Virus record (IMG/VR): IMGVR_UViG_3300020045_004648
Span: 20,369 to 84,368 of that record
Length of the DNA: 64,000 nucleotides
Direction: 5' to 3' (one strand)
Source: a virus
Taxonomy: Duplodnaviria > Caudoviricetes
Position 1 is the first letter of the stretch, and every line of letters starts with the position of its first letter. Both the position numbers and the translations under genes were made by a program. This document shows, piece after piece, positions 40,301 to 49,561 of this stretch. Under the pieces are notes generated by a model. It was not told the origin of the DNA. It was given only the letters and a program-made list of their open reading frames with translations, and searched no databases.

Positions 40301-41233
40301 ACGTTTTGCCTCTTGTGCTTGAACTTGAGCAAGTTGAATCTTATATGTAGAAAGTTTTTGTGTAACTACATCTTGTGCAAGTCCTGATTTACGTAAAGCA
40401 GATTCATACCTTACAAGTGAATCTGTTCCTGACTTATCCAGAGCCATGTTGGAAGTGCTTAATGCAGCACTCATTTTTTGGTCTGCTGTGGTTAAATAAT
40501 TAGTAGCATTTACAGCATCCTTACGGCTTTTAATCACTGCATCTTCTGCTGATGTCATCTTATTGTAAGATGAAGCAAGAGTCACATATTCGTCATTGTG
40601 AGCACGGACAGCCTTACGGATATCTGAAAATGAAGCGCCTTCTACCTTCATCTTTTCAATCAGACGTTCTTTATCTCTAGCTAACTCCCGCGTTTGTTTT
40701 ACAGACAAATTAGAATCTGTTGCGTACTGACGAACAGACTCTTTAAGTTCAGTGTATTGATTTTGGAGAGATTTGATACCTGACAGGGACTTATCAAATG
40801 GGTCTGAACCCATCAGCTTACGTTGAGTTTCTAATACTTTTCCAAGTTCATTAATATCAGCAGATACAAGTCCAGCGGCTTTGCCGTAAGCTAAAATACT
40901 TGACTGTCCCTTGGAGAACCCTTGAGTCTGAAATTCAAGTATGTTCTTTTGGCGTTCAAGTATGCTCGTGTTTCTAGCCACTTCAGTGGCTGCACTTTTC
41001 TGAGCTTTTTCGGCGCTCTCAACAGCCTTAGCACTTACTACCTGAGCTTTAGCATTATTAACAGCGGCAGATGCGTTGTCCTTAGCAGCCTTAGCAAGAG
41101 TCGCTTCAGTTCTTGCTGCGGTTTGAGATGCCTTGTCAAGTTTTGCCATACTACTGACGACACCCTCTAAGGCTTTACCGGCCCTCTCAAGGCCCGAAGT
41201 TTCGGTTTTGAAGACCAGTGTACTCAAGTCCAT
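37376..41233 (-). CDS. Tail tape measure protein
   Basis: 1285 aa, Ala/Lys-rich helical; lambda-like QFTDIGVSLYSGQNPLTVLLQQ; C-terminal AEGGYD. Confidence 0.92.
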   Translation of the reverse strand: MDLSTLVFKTETSGLERAGKALEGVVSSMAKLDKASQTAARTEATLAKAAKDNASAAVNNAKAQVVSAKAVESAEKAQKSAATEVARNTSILERQKNILEFQTQGFSKGQSSILAYGKAAGLVSADINELGKVLETQRKLMGSDPFDKSLSGIKSLQNQYTELKESVRQYATDSNLSVKQTRELARDKERLIEKMKVEGASFSDIRKAVRAHNDEYVTLASSYNKMTSAEDAVIKSRKDAVNATNYLTTADQKMSAALSTSNMALDKSGTDSLVRYESALRKSGLAQDVVTQKLSTYKIQLAQVQAQEAKRSEQHLARALPAQFTDIGVSLYSGQNPLTVLLQQSGQILDIFQLSGVAADKFAEATKRAFYSMVPAMATVAKGLTGLIFGLFYDAGKGITNFIGNVTGMNKVLQSTDDLLFLVGGRATQFSKVLNTLGTVASATFGAGIFVIIAGLAALAVGIKQVITENNDLAKAFALSGGSIGASHAQVIDYVKTLAASGATTGQATEALVAMAKAGTFTSKEILLVSDSAIQMQKGFGIAIGDTVKEFAKLKEKPVEALLEIAKTSGMVSPEIIKMVMELERAGKTSDAAALAMKTYADVNREKLAQMKEDYNGFSLFIIQLGQGIKQFFSDTFKALFLSTSPSRQLENQLGIIQGKIKEIKTFGSLGRGDELKGLEDQERILQSRISATVRLQGEEDKIKLANAESAKYEDAALKIRKSALDAIEKETGKTQTLADFRKSFVEDKLKEAAKEKGVDVEKLKLNTELITLLEKQAGIEFKKNQKKGSSKLDSGNIAKHQLDKDISNIRKTSEAEVKAYSDGESVLEALRSAGLVDMQDYYTSKKMFLELTDQASEDALQKEIDRLKKEVLIGTDKIDNDKKIAEATAKLALAKEKSTHKMTLLSLQEGDANKKLAQSYRDAEYAAQSSLDAQRLAQTRELSGIGLGTAERNRLSGRSQKEDQFSLQLRNLEKTKSDAEINGTFGADAQDKYNNELDRIKRFKEASLSEYDSYYAERLKQESDWTVGASEAMANYFSEAQNIAKSTSDMFTTAFQGMTDGVASSISAAILQGKSLEDSLRSVAMNVADAFITSFIKIQIQKLLIDKTAQTGYAATMAMESQAMVAMAGLNAFAATAAIPMIGPLMAPGAAATATAIAEGFAATTSAMAMASVASAEGGYDIPAGVNPMTQLHEQEMVLPKPQANVIRDMAKNGNTGSSTITIVNNTSAKIGKVTEQRMSDGERVLIIEEATQAAEARINAAMSDPNSKTSKQMSRNFSIQRSR

Positions 41234-41270
41234 AATTTTCTTTCTTTACTGTCTTTGTTGTTTTTATGTA

Positions 41271-41299
41271 TTGACAACCTAAAAATTGTCTGATAGAGT
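41271..41299 (+). promoter_or_regulatory. sigma70-type promoter of a counter-oriented gene
   Basis: TTGACA-17 nt-TAGAGT. Confidence 0.65.
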
Positions 41300-41332
41300 C
41301 AAGCCTTCTTTTACCAACTAAGGAGTTTTCAA

Positions 41333-41632
41333 ATGAAGTTTATTAAATCGGCGATCATTGCACTCGTGCTGACTGCATCAACGGTAATCCATGCAGCAGG
41401 GATTGAGGAGACTTGTCAGGGATTTGTAGAGGCTGATGTGGCTGTTAGGCATCTACTTCAGATTAGCCCAGATGGGTTAGAAATCATGCTTCGCTCTACT
41501 GACAAAGAGAAAAACCCAAAGATTAAGTCAATCATGCGTGAACGTATATTCTGGACATCCAATCGTTTAGATTTACCCGAAGATACTTTTCGTCGTCTTT
41601 CGTTTCTGCGTTGTTTTATTGTTATGCAATAA
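41333..41632 (+). CDS. Secreted/periplasmic moron-like protein
   Basis: Own promoter, AAGGAG SD, signal peptide ending VIHA-A, two Cys; antisense to the tail operon. Confidence 0.75.
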   Translation: MKFIKSAIIALVLTASTVIHAAGIEETCQGFVEADVAVRHLLQISPDGLEIMLRSTDKEKNPKIKSIMRERIFWTSNRLDLPEDTFRRLSFLRCFIVMQ

Positions 41633-41673
41633 TTCTTACTATAGAGTCTATAAGTAAACTACACAGTAAGAAC

Positions 41674-41687
41674 GCCCCTTGCGGGGC
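41674..41687. terminator. Terminator hairpin
   Basis: GCCCC-TTGC-GGGGC between convergent genes. Confidence 0.6.
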
Positions 41688-41692
41688 TATCT

Positions 41693-42077
41693 TTATTTCT
41701 TCTTCAGTTCTTTTTCTTCTTGCTTTGAGTAGTGCCTCATGGCTACTCTATCAAATGCTTCAATGATTTCTATCTCGTAACTCTCAGGAGAAACATTAAT
41801 GAGTTCAAAGAAGTTACGCATTTCGGTATAAGAAATTGCTGATATCCCCATCCCTGAAGGTCTACGGTTAGAAAGTCTTAGAAACCAATTCCAGTATTCC
41901 TTCATACAAGCAGGTAGTTCAACTAAGTTCTCTAACTCTTTAGGTACTTTCCGAGTCTGCCTTTGTACATTAAGTAAAGCAGCTTTTAGAGTATTACCAT
42001 CAGGTTGTAATTCTGATAGTTGAAATTCCTGCTCTGCGTATTCTAGGGCTTGTTCTACGGCTTCAAGAACAAAAATT
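41693..42077 (-). CDS. Tail assembly chaperone extension (gpT-like), probably reached by frameshift
   Basis: Open frame overlapping the gpG-like end, no start codon for about 45 codons; YWNWFLRLSNRRPSGMG. Confidence 0.7.
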
Positions 42078-42470
42078 CTCAGAAGCGTTACTGACCTCCA
42101 GAACTTGAGCGCGAATCCAATCGTATTCTTCAAAGAGAGTAATTGCAGCTTCTACACTGAATGGAATATCAACACCATCCTTTTGGATTTTACGCCAAGA
42201 GATAACACGCATTGCTGCAGCTTCATTTGCGTTTTCAAGGTAGTCTTCTACAAGCTTAATCTTTGTTTCTTTATTGCCCTTACGTGCAGCAATAGCATCT
42301 TCTTTGAATTGTTGATTGATTTGCTTGCGTTGGTAAGCAACTACTTCTTTGCTGCGTTCGCCTCGAACGGTAATAAATCCATCAAGACCCTCACCTGTAT
42401 CGGGGTGGGTAATCTCGAACTCGAAACCGTTCTCGGCTGCTTTTGCAAGGTTATATTTAGAAATGTCCAT
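42063..42470 (-). CDS. Tail assembly chaperone (gpG-like)
   Basis: Between tail tube and tape measure; AAGGA SD before MDISK. Confidence 0.8.
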   Translation of the reverse strand: MDISKYNLAKAAENGFEFEITHPDTGEGLDGFITVRGERSKEVVAYQRKQINQQFKEDAIAARKGNKETKIKLVEDYLENANEAAAMRVISWRKIQKDGVDIPFSVEAAITLFEEYDWIRAQVLEVSNASENFCS

Positions 42471-42685
42471 GTGTTTTCCTTTCAATTTGTTAAAACGAAC
42501 AAAAGCCCTTGACTAAAAAGCGAAGGGCTTAAGTACTTGATTGACTAGATTTTATTATCTATCAAGACTCTATTATATCATATGGAAAACAAGAAAGCAA
42601 GGGAATTATTCAAGAGTACAAATGAAAAATCCTCCTAAAGCAATTAAGCTAAAGGAGGATTATATAAGAGTAGTTAGTTCGTCAA

Positions 42686-43897
42686 TTACAGAGTAGAATC
42701 CTGAATTGCAATAGTAGTTGCAGGGAGGCCTGCTGTAGTAACGGGATTTAGCAAGCCAACAAAACTATGTGATTGGATAATCCCAAGTTCTGCATCAGCT
42801 TTATCAGCAGAACCTACTTTAATTTTTGGAATTGTAAAACTCATCACATCAGCATTTTTATCACTGCTGGTGGTGAATGCAACAACCAAAGAAATAGTAG
42901 ACTCGTTATCAAAGTAATCACGGAACACAGCATCAGTAAAATACGTGCTAAAATTGCCAGTGACACGGATTCGACCAGTGAACATATCAGCAGCTACATT
43001 CTGTCCAACTACATTAGCAGCCTCAAGCCCACGTTCAATAGAAAAATCGGCTGCTGTTATTAAGCCAACAGGAGCACCATTAACAACCAAAGCACCAGAG
43101 ACTGCTGCAAAGATACCTGTAGTACCTGCTGCTGTAGGGGATGTGTGATAAGCCGAAGTACCCTTGATCGAACGGTCGCGGCCTTTGAAAGTAATATCAG
43201 TAGTAACCAATCCCGAGGTCGGCAGTTGTACAGCTACTGTACCAACCTTGTTGCCAACGTAGACTTCTGATTGAGCAATATCGGAATACCACTCTTCAAC
43301 CGTATACGCATCATCTGTATGACCAGTCAAGGGTGCATAGGTAACCTTACCACGGACAGTTGCAGTAACAGTAGAAATTGGGCCTTCAGCAACCAAAGTA
43401 GTGCTGGAAAGTACAGCAACAGTAGCAACAGTAGCAGACAAACCTACAGCCAAGAGGTTATTACTTACATTAGCAGCATTCAATCCTGCACCAGTAAGGG
43501 CAATTACATTACCAACGGTAACACCATCAGTAATCCATGATCCAGATGCACGAGTTACAGTAAACAAAGTACCTGATGTAGCAATGGTAACTGACAAACC
43601 AGTAATAGCAGTCACTGCTGTAAAATCCCGAGCCACAACAGATTGTAGAAAATCTGAATAAGAACCAGGGGAGAGTTCACCATTTAAAGAACCGTCAACG
43701 GTACGAATACCATGGCGCATATCTGCAACCTGAAAATCCTGGCGAATTTCGGCGGACTCATATTGTTCTTTTGTAAGATTAAAGTTAGACGTTACTCTAC
43801 GCAGTACCCTAGCACCAGTTGTAGCAGCAGGTGTACCCCATATCGTTTCTTTGAGGAATGTTACGCGTTTACTAACGCCTTTTCCGATTTGAGCCAT
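42686..43897 (-). CDS. Major tail tube protein
   Basis: 403 aa, Thr/Ala/Val-rich; LRRVTSNFNL; synteny. Confidence 0.85.
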   Translation of the reverse strand: MAQIGKGVSKRVTFLKETIWGTPAATTGARVLRRVTSNFNLTKEQYESAEIRQDFQVADMRHGIRTVDGSLNGELSPGSYSDFLQSVVARDFTAVTAITGLSVTIATSGTLFTVTRASGSWITDGVTVGNVIALTGAGLNAANVSNNLLAVGLSATVATVAVLSSTTLVAEGPISTVTATVRGKVTYAPLTGHTDDAYTVEEWYSDIAQSEVYVGNKVGTVAVQLPTSGLVTTDITFKGRDRSIKGTSAYHTSPTAAGTTGIFAAVSGALVVNGAPVGLITAADFSIERGLEAANVVGQNVAADMFTGRIRVTGNFSTYFTDAVFRDYFDNESTISLVVAFTTSSDKNADVMSFTIPKIKVGSADKADAELGIIQSHSFVGLLNPVTTAGLPATTIAIQDSTL

Positions 43898-43952
43898 TTT
43901 ATTTTCCTTATTTTAATTTGCAAATTAATTATCACACCCGGTAGGGTATTTA

Positions 43953-44360
43953 TCAGACCTCATAAATTTCCACAGTAAGCGGAATCAATACAGGAACAAT
44001 AATCCTATCGCTAGTGACTGAAGCACCAGCAATCTGAGGAGTCCTTAGTACATGCATACGAACTCCGCTTTCTTCTAACGTTAACCCCTTGTAGAACCAC
44101 TCCCTGAGCACTTCTGCTCTAGTGATAGCACCAGCAGTTCCAACGTCTAGTTTGTCAGCTACAAATATCTGAACTTGAATATTCTCTCTGTGATAGTAAG
44201 CACCGAAAGTAGGATCAGTTGGAGGGTTAATCACAAACTGTAATCTTTGGTACATTCCAGTAGGGGGTACAAAAGAGATACCTTCAAACGCTGTTGGTAA
44301 AGAGGGGGTAAGAGCGGCAAGTCTTCTTCGTACTGCTGTCTGAGCTGTAATAATACTCAT
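43953..44360 (-). CDS. Tail terminator-like protein
   Basis: Synteny just before the tail tube. Confidence 0.7.
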   Translation of the reverse strand: MSIITAQTAVRRRLAALTPSLPTAFEGISFVPPTGMYQRLQFVINPPTDPTFGAYYHRENIQVQIFVADKLDVGTAGAITRAEVLREWFYKGLTLEESGVRMHVLRTPQIAGASVTSDRIIVPVLIPLTVEIYEV

Positions 44361-44362
44361 TC

Positions 44363-44842
44363 TTAACCCTCCTTAAACAATCTGACTAAATCAACTTGGT
44401 ATGTTTGCATGATGTTGTCCAAGGTAGGCTGCATAATACCTAAGTTGTTTGTCTGTGAACTATAATTATTTTCAAGTGCTTTGATATAGAAACCTTTGTT
44501 TCCAACAAATACTGCCTGACCAAGTTTATAACTCGCAAGATCGGACTTTACTAATGAAAGAGCTTCAGTACCAGAATTAGCACCATATAATGCTTGCATA
44601 CTGAATTGACCAGAAGTATTAACTTGCCAAGAACCTCTTGCGAAGCCTTCTTCTGGCTCTAAGTACTTTCTGGATTGATACCACTCAAAATACTTTGTAG
44701 CATCACCTAATGGGGTCTTCTCAATTGCAGTCTTAGCAATCTGATAAGAGAAACCCTTCACCATATTCTCTAAGCGTCTGACAGTATCTTTGTGGTAATC
44801 TTCTAATTCTTTGAGCACCTTTGATACGTCTAGGGTTATCAT
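44363..44842 (-). CDS. Neck/tail completion protein (HK97 gp10-like)
   Basis: KTPLG...RGSW...YIKALENNYSSQ. Confidence 0.7.
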   Translation of the reverse strand: MITLDVSKVLKELEDYHKDTVRRLENMVKGFSYQIAKTAIEKTPLGDATKYFEWYQSRKYLEPEEGFARGSWQVNTSGQFSMQALYGANSGTEALSLVKSDLASYKLGQAVFVGNKGFYIKALENNYSSQTNNLGIMQPTLDNIMQTYQVDLVRLFKEG

Positions 44843-44844
44843 CG

Positions 44845-45198
44845 CTAACCCTTTACACCTAAGAGTTTGTACAGGATAGTTTTACCGTGAGCCGTGAATG
44901 CTTGGTAGGAGTTGATCCTATATACTTCACTTTGGTAGGTTATCTCATCAGAGACTTTCGGTGTGAAGGTTAAACCGTCTGCTGCTAGGTAGAATTGAAC
45001 TACAGTTTTACCTACTAAGTCTGGAAAGTTGTACTGATTCACAGAAAGTGGTTCTGGGTAAATCTTTAGAGTTACACTTGTAACAGACTCACTAGCTGAC
45101 CCTAGGATAGGATCAATGGTACGGGTGATGGTAGAGTAAGGGAGAGACTGTCCGTGACGCTCTAGGGCTCTTTTAGTTGATCTTACTGCCCATTCCAT
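44845..45198 (-). CDS. Head closure/stopper-like protein
   Basis: Synteny and size. Confidence 0.6.
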   Translation of the reverse strand: MEWAVRSTKRALERHGQSLPYSTITRTIDPILGSASESVTSVTLKIYPEPLSVNQYNFPDLVGKTVVQFYLAADGLTFTPKVSDEITYQSEVYRINSYQAFTAHGKTILYKLLGVKG

Positions 45199-45623
45199 TA
45201 GAACCTACTTCCTAGAGTGAAGTAATCTACTTGGTAGAGTTGATCAGTTTTACCGGGGTTGACTACGATGTTGTTGTCGGTGTTTGCTGCGTTTGATTCC
45301 ATGTCGGCGATGGAGATGCCTCCGAAGTAACCCTGCAAGTTACTGTATAGGGGGTTCAATTGGGGGTTCTTCACATACAACTCAAGAGCAAGTCTGTACT
45401 GCTCTGCAGCCTTTGACCCACGGATAGAAAAAATATCTACAGTTTCATCTGTACGTTGTGAAAGCACTAATAGGATAATTCTAGCAGCATCTACCGCTGC
45501 CCTTACTACAGAGTTATTATTCTTTGTGAGTATGTAGTCATAGTCAGCGTCTGATAGCAACGGAAATGCAGGATCAACATCGGCGACTTCTAACTTAACC
45601 TGCTGAGTCAATGTATACGCCAT
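45198..45623 (-). CDS. Head-tail adaptor-like protein
   Basis: First structural gene after the capsid and endonuclease; QVKLEVAD...LLSDADYDY. Confidence 0.65.
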   Translation of the reverse strand: MAYTLTQQVKLEVADVDPAFPLLSDADYDYILTKNNNSVVRAAVDAARIILLVLSQRTDETVDIFSIRGSKAAEQYRLALELYVKNPQLNPLYSNLQGYFGGISIADMESNAANTDNNIVVNPGKTDQLYQVDYFTLGSRF

Positions 45624-45647
45624 CGTAGGCTCCTTTTGTTTTATTCT

Positions 45648-46427
45648 TTAAGTGCCGTGGTTATCAGAGTAACCAGATTCGGTTTCTTTAGACTTACGGA
45701 ACTCAGAGGCTAACCTAAGTGCTTCATCAAATCCGAACTGTTTAATACCGAATCTTTTGCTTCTCCTTTTACCCTCGGAGTCAAACCAAGATGCTCTGCA
45801 TGACTGATTGTCAATGGTGACTCCGTTGATTCCTGAAGAATTATTTCTATTCTTACTTCTATTCTGGCAGTTCTTTTCTTGAGTAATTAATCTAAGATTA
45901 GAGATATTATTGTTTAAAGAGTTCTTATCTTTGTGGTCTACAACTAAACCAGATGGGATTGGGCCATTGGCGATTTCCCAAACAATTCTATGCACTTGAA
46001 CACTTTTATTTTTATACTTTATACGCCAAAACAACTGTCCACCAGTCCTCTTTGCTTTATAGCCGCAAGGCCCAAGACCCCCTTTGTGATAAGTACCGGT
46101 AAAGACACCTTGCTTCCTTGATAAACCACTAGGTGAGTTCACATCCACTATAAAGTAGTCAGCGTAATCTTCAAACTTTGTAGGGGTAAACATAAGTTTA
46201 TTTACCAGATCAGGCATGGATACAATCAAACTTTTCTCAAGTTCTAGGGCATCTTCTTCAAGTAGATTTTCACGGTATATCTCAATTGAATAACCATTGG
46301 CAGAAACTTCATTCCACCCTTTGCTTCTATTAGATTTGTTCCAAGCTCTTTTATTTCGTCCTTTGCCCACATAAAATGGCTTACCGTCTAAAGTCTTATG
46401 CAGGTACACGTAGTAATCGTTCTTCAT
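45648..46427 (-). CDS. Free-standing endonuclease: GIY-YIG-like plus HNH plus AP2-like domains
   Basis: YYVYLHK..DGKPFYVGKG..KR, VHRIVW...VVDHKDKNSLNNNISNLR, C-terminal SKRFGIK...EALRLASEFRK. Confidence 0.82.
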   Translation of the reverse strand: MKNDYYVYLHKTLDGKPFYVGKGRNKRAWNKSNRSKGWNEVSANGYSIEIYRENLLEEDALELEKSLIVSMPDLVNKLMFTPTKFEDYADYFIVDVNSPSGLSRKQGVFTGTYHKGGLGPCGYKAKRTGGQLFWRIKYKNKSVQVHRIVWEIANGPIPSGLVVDHKDKNSLNNNISNLRLITQEKNCQNRSKNRNNSSGINGVTIDNQSCRASWFDSEGKRRSKRFGIKQFGFDEALRLASEFRKSKETESGYSDNHGT

Positions 46428-46597
46428 TCTTATTATCTTCCCATCAAGAAAACACATCACTAAGAACAATTAGCAGGACGGTGATGAATCGTCTTTTCGG
46501 GGATCAGCCTAGCCATTGTTATATTCCTTAACACAGAACCCTGTTATTACAAGATTCTGCAGTAAGAAAGGATTCTTACGAATCCAATCAGAGTAGA

Positions 46598-47629
46598 TTA
46601 CAAAGCAGTTTTTGAACCACCACTGGTGAATCCTGGACGACGCATTACTTGAATTTGATTCATTTCTGCCTCAATAGTGACTTGAGTACCACGAGGGTCT
46701 TCATAGGTCCACATGTAAGTGGCTTCGGCAGTAGTGTTCACATAGCCGAAACGCTGGCAAGGACCATAATAGCTCATAAAAGCACCATCGCCATCGTCTG
46801 CAACGAACACAGCCTTGTCAGTATCAACCAAGGCAACACCATCAATGATTTGATTCACTTCAATGAACTCAATATTGCTAAATACGAAGCGGCGATAGAG
46901 GCCCATGCCACCTGCACGGTCACGACTGATTTGTTGTGGCGCTGTGGCAGAGTACAGATTATAAGCAGACTGAACCTTGACGTGCCCAATCAGTGCAGTG
47001 AAGAAACCTGGAGAGCAATAAGCAACTACGCGTTGGATTTCTTGACCTTCGGTAGCTTGCGCTTGGAAGTTAGCAATAACCGTTTGGCACTTATTGATAA
47101 TGTCAGACGAGGCATTTGTCAGGTCAAAATCAACGTTTTGGCGGGTAATTCCAAAATCCGTGAAAAAGTTCCCGCTGATAGTACCGTTTGGACTCCAAAC
47201 ATCGCCAGCAGCCAAAGTTCGGAAACGTGCAAAGTTCAGAGTACGGTCATAGGATTTACGAATCCGGTCCATCTTAACCATCAGAGCACGATCCTTAGTG
47301 TCCAACTCAGGAGTCAAAGCACCGGGGCGAAGCACGGTAGCAATATCTTGAGGCAACAGAGCATCCAAGAAAGGGTGATGTGACATGGGATAACTATGCA
47401 GTTTACGCAGATCATTACCAGTAGTCTGTGGAGCAGTACCACGGATTTGATCTTTGACAATAAACAAGTGACCAGAGCGTTCTTCAAAAGTAACAGTGTT
47501 AGTGGTGAGGAATTCATCCTTCCACATGCCACTGTCGTTCATCAAAGTCCAATTCTGTGGGAGTACCAGAATCTCGTTAGTGCGATCAACAACGTCAAAG
47601 TTGCTGGTAGGAGAAGTATACAAAGCCAT
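46598..47629 (-). CDS. Major capsid protein (lambda gpE-like)
   Basis: 343 aa; follows a decoration-like gene; terminator-like region downstream. Confidence 0.85.
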   Translation of the reverse strand: MALYTSPTSNFDVVDRTNEILVLPQNWTLMNDSGMWKDEFLTTNTVTFEERSGHLFIVKDQIRGTAPQTTGNDLRKLHSYPMSHHPFLDALLPQDIATVLRPGALTPELDTKDRALMVKMDRIRKSYDRTLNFARFRTLAAGDVWSPNGTISGNFFTDFGITRQNVDFDLTNASSDIINKCQTVIANFQAQATEGQEIQRVVAYCSPGFFTALIGHVKVQSAYNLYSATAPQQISRDRAGGMGLYRRFVFSNIEFIEVNQIIDGVALVDTDKAVFVADDGDGAFMSYYGPCQRFGYVNTTAEATYMWTYEDPRGTQVTIEAEMNQIQVMRRPGFTSGGSKTAL

Positions 47630-47654
47630 TTTTAATCCTTATATTTGTTATTGT

Positions 47655-48050
47655 TTAGATAGTAGTCAAGCATTGGATACCAAGTGCTTCGAGTGATTCA
47701 TAGACCACTGCTTTTTCAGCGTCCAAATCATAAGTAGCATCCAGAACCAAACCACCTTTGCTGATACCCATAGGACCACGGAAGTAAACCAATACTTGAG
47801 TGTCAGTAGAACCAGCAATAGTCTTTGCAGAAGCGACGATAGCAGCAGCAGTTTGAGAACCATCAGATGCTGATTGAACTGCACGCTTGAATTTGCCACC
47901 AGAAGTAACCTTACCCAAAACTTGGCCAATTGCCAATGTGCCAGCGGCATCATTTACTGTTACCAACTTGCGGCAATATGCGTAGTCAGCACCATATTCG
48001 TGTTTGACAACATTAGAAATAGTTTGGAGGCTTGTAGAAATTACGCTCAT
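47655..48050 (-). CDS. Head decoration protein (lambda gpD-like)
   Basis: GQVLGKVTSGGKF...ASDGSQTAAAI. Confidence 0.8.
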   Translation of the reverse strand: MSVISTSLQTISNVVKHEYGADYAYCRKLVTVNDAAGTLAIGQVLGKVTSGGKFKRAVQSASDGSQTAAAIVASAKTIAGSTDTQVLVYFRGPMGISKGGLVLDATYDLDAEKAVVYESLEALGIQCLTTI

Positions 48051-48065
48051 TTTATTTTCCTTTAA

Positions 48066-49007
48066 TTATTCTTTTACTTGATGTTTAGCCTTCAGAGCCT
48101 TCATCAGTTTCGTTTCACCGGGCTTATCTTCACCAGCTTCAGCACTAACGCCTTGCTCTGTAAACAGTGCAGATTTCTCAACCAGTGCATTCATGCTCTT
48201 GAACACTTCAACCAGTGCGTCAAAATCTTCTTGCGATTCCAAAGCCAAAGCAGCCTTCACAATCACAGCAGATTGCTTTTCATCTTTGACTACAGCCTTA
48301 ACAGCATCAGTCTTGGATTTAACAATTGCTTGTTTCTTTTCATCTTCAAATTGCTTTACCAGTTCTTTAGCCTTCTGCAATTCAACTTGCGTTTCTTGCA
48401 TGGCTTTTTCGATAGCGGTAAGAGCAGACTTCTCAACCATTTCGGTTTCTTGGGTCATTTGCTTTTCCTTAGTTTTCTTAGGTTTAGAGGCAGATGCCTC
48501 AACTTTTGTTTTCTCAACTTTAATTGAGGTATCTGACTTCTTTTTGTCAAATTCTTTTAGGGCTTTCTCGATTTCTACCTGATCGGTAATCAAATCAAGA
48601 TAGTCTTGTTCTGTTAGTTTTGAAAGAGATTCTGGAAGATTCTTTGCTTCGTGTAGTGATTTGATAATACTAAATGAAGTAAAACGATCTTCAACCCAAT
48701 TCATATATTCATCTTTAGCTTCTTGAACGTCTTCTTCAGGAGGCTCAACCCAACCCATAAGGCCAGCCAAGAACTTAGCGTCTTCGCCCCATATATAAAA
48801 GAACTTTTCAAGAAATTCGGGTAGTTGCATCGTGATCTGAATCTCTTGCATCTTCTGGATAAACTCAGGAGAGAAGTTGTGACCCTTCATGATCAACGCT
48901 TTATTCCAGTTATTAGCAGCACCTTGAGATTTGCTACACAGTGCCAAGTGAGCACCTTCGTGGTCAAAACTGATCTCGGAGAGTTTTCGTTTTGCTTTTT
49001 GTGTCAT
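48066..49007 (-). CDS. Scaffold/head assembly protein
   Basis: Charged coiled-coil C-terminal half; upstream of decoration and capsid genes. Confidence 0.65.
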   Translation of the reverse strand: MTQKAKRKLSEISFDHEGAHLALCSKSQGAANNWNKALIMKGHNFSPEFIQKMQEIQITMQLPEFLEKFFYIWGEDAKFLAGLMGWVEPPEEDVQEAKDEYMNWVEDRFTSFSIIKSLHEAKNLPESLSKLTEQDYLDLITDQVEIEKALKEFDKKKSDTSIKVEKTKVEASASKPKKTKEKQMTQETEMVEKSALTAIEKAMQETQVELQKAKELVKQFEDEKKQAIVKSKTDAVKAVVKDEKQSAVIVKAALALESQEDFDALVEVFKSMNALVEKSALFTEQGVSAEAGEDKPGETKLMKALKAKHQVKE

Positions 49008-49387
49008 TTAATTTCCTCTACCATTGCAAGTGCTCCGATACTTACACCGGAGAATTCCCCAGCATCAGCAGCAGCCCACAAGTCATCATCGTTAAATTGG
49101 AGATTGACAAGCCATGATCCAGCCTTTACAATCGCTTCACCTACTTGCATTTCAACAGGAGCGCAGTATGATTCAGCAACTGAAAAACCATCGGTTTGAA
49201 CCATATGGAATAGATTACTTGTTACTGCATGGCTACGGTTGAAGTTATGACAAGCTTTACGGACTTCATGAGCATCGTAAATATCCCCGTGAGCATCTAC
49301 AGTATCTGGTTCAAGAACCACGTATAATGCTTGCTTGAGAACACTATCTTTCTCTTTAGCAATAGGTACTTTTATTTTGTTTGTCAT
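49004..49387 (-). CDS. XkdF-like putative prohead protease
   Basis: VLEPDTVDAHGD...KACHNF...ESY...GSW...FSGVSIG. Confidence 0.7.
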   Translation of the reverse strand: MTNKIKVPIAKEKDSVLKQALYVVLEPDTVDAHGDIYDAHEVRKACHNFNRSHAVTSNLFHMVQTDGFSVAESYCAPVEMQVGEAIVKAGSWLVNLQFNDDDLWAAADAGEFSGVSIGALAMVEEIK

Positions 49388-49561
49388 CTTTTCCTTCTTA
49401 TAAGGCGACGACTAGGTTTAGCCGTCTTTTATTATTAGCATTCTAGATAACAGATAAATCAATTATATCATACTTTTGTAATAATTACAAGTGAATTTTA
49501 CTTATGTATTATTGATCTATCTGTTTTGTTAGATAATTTCTAATGTTTGTGCTTGAGGGGA

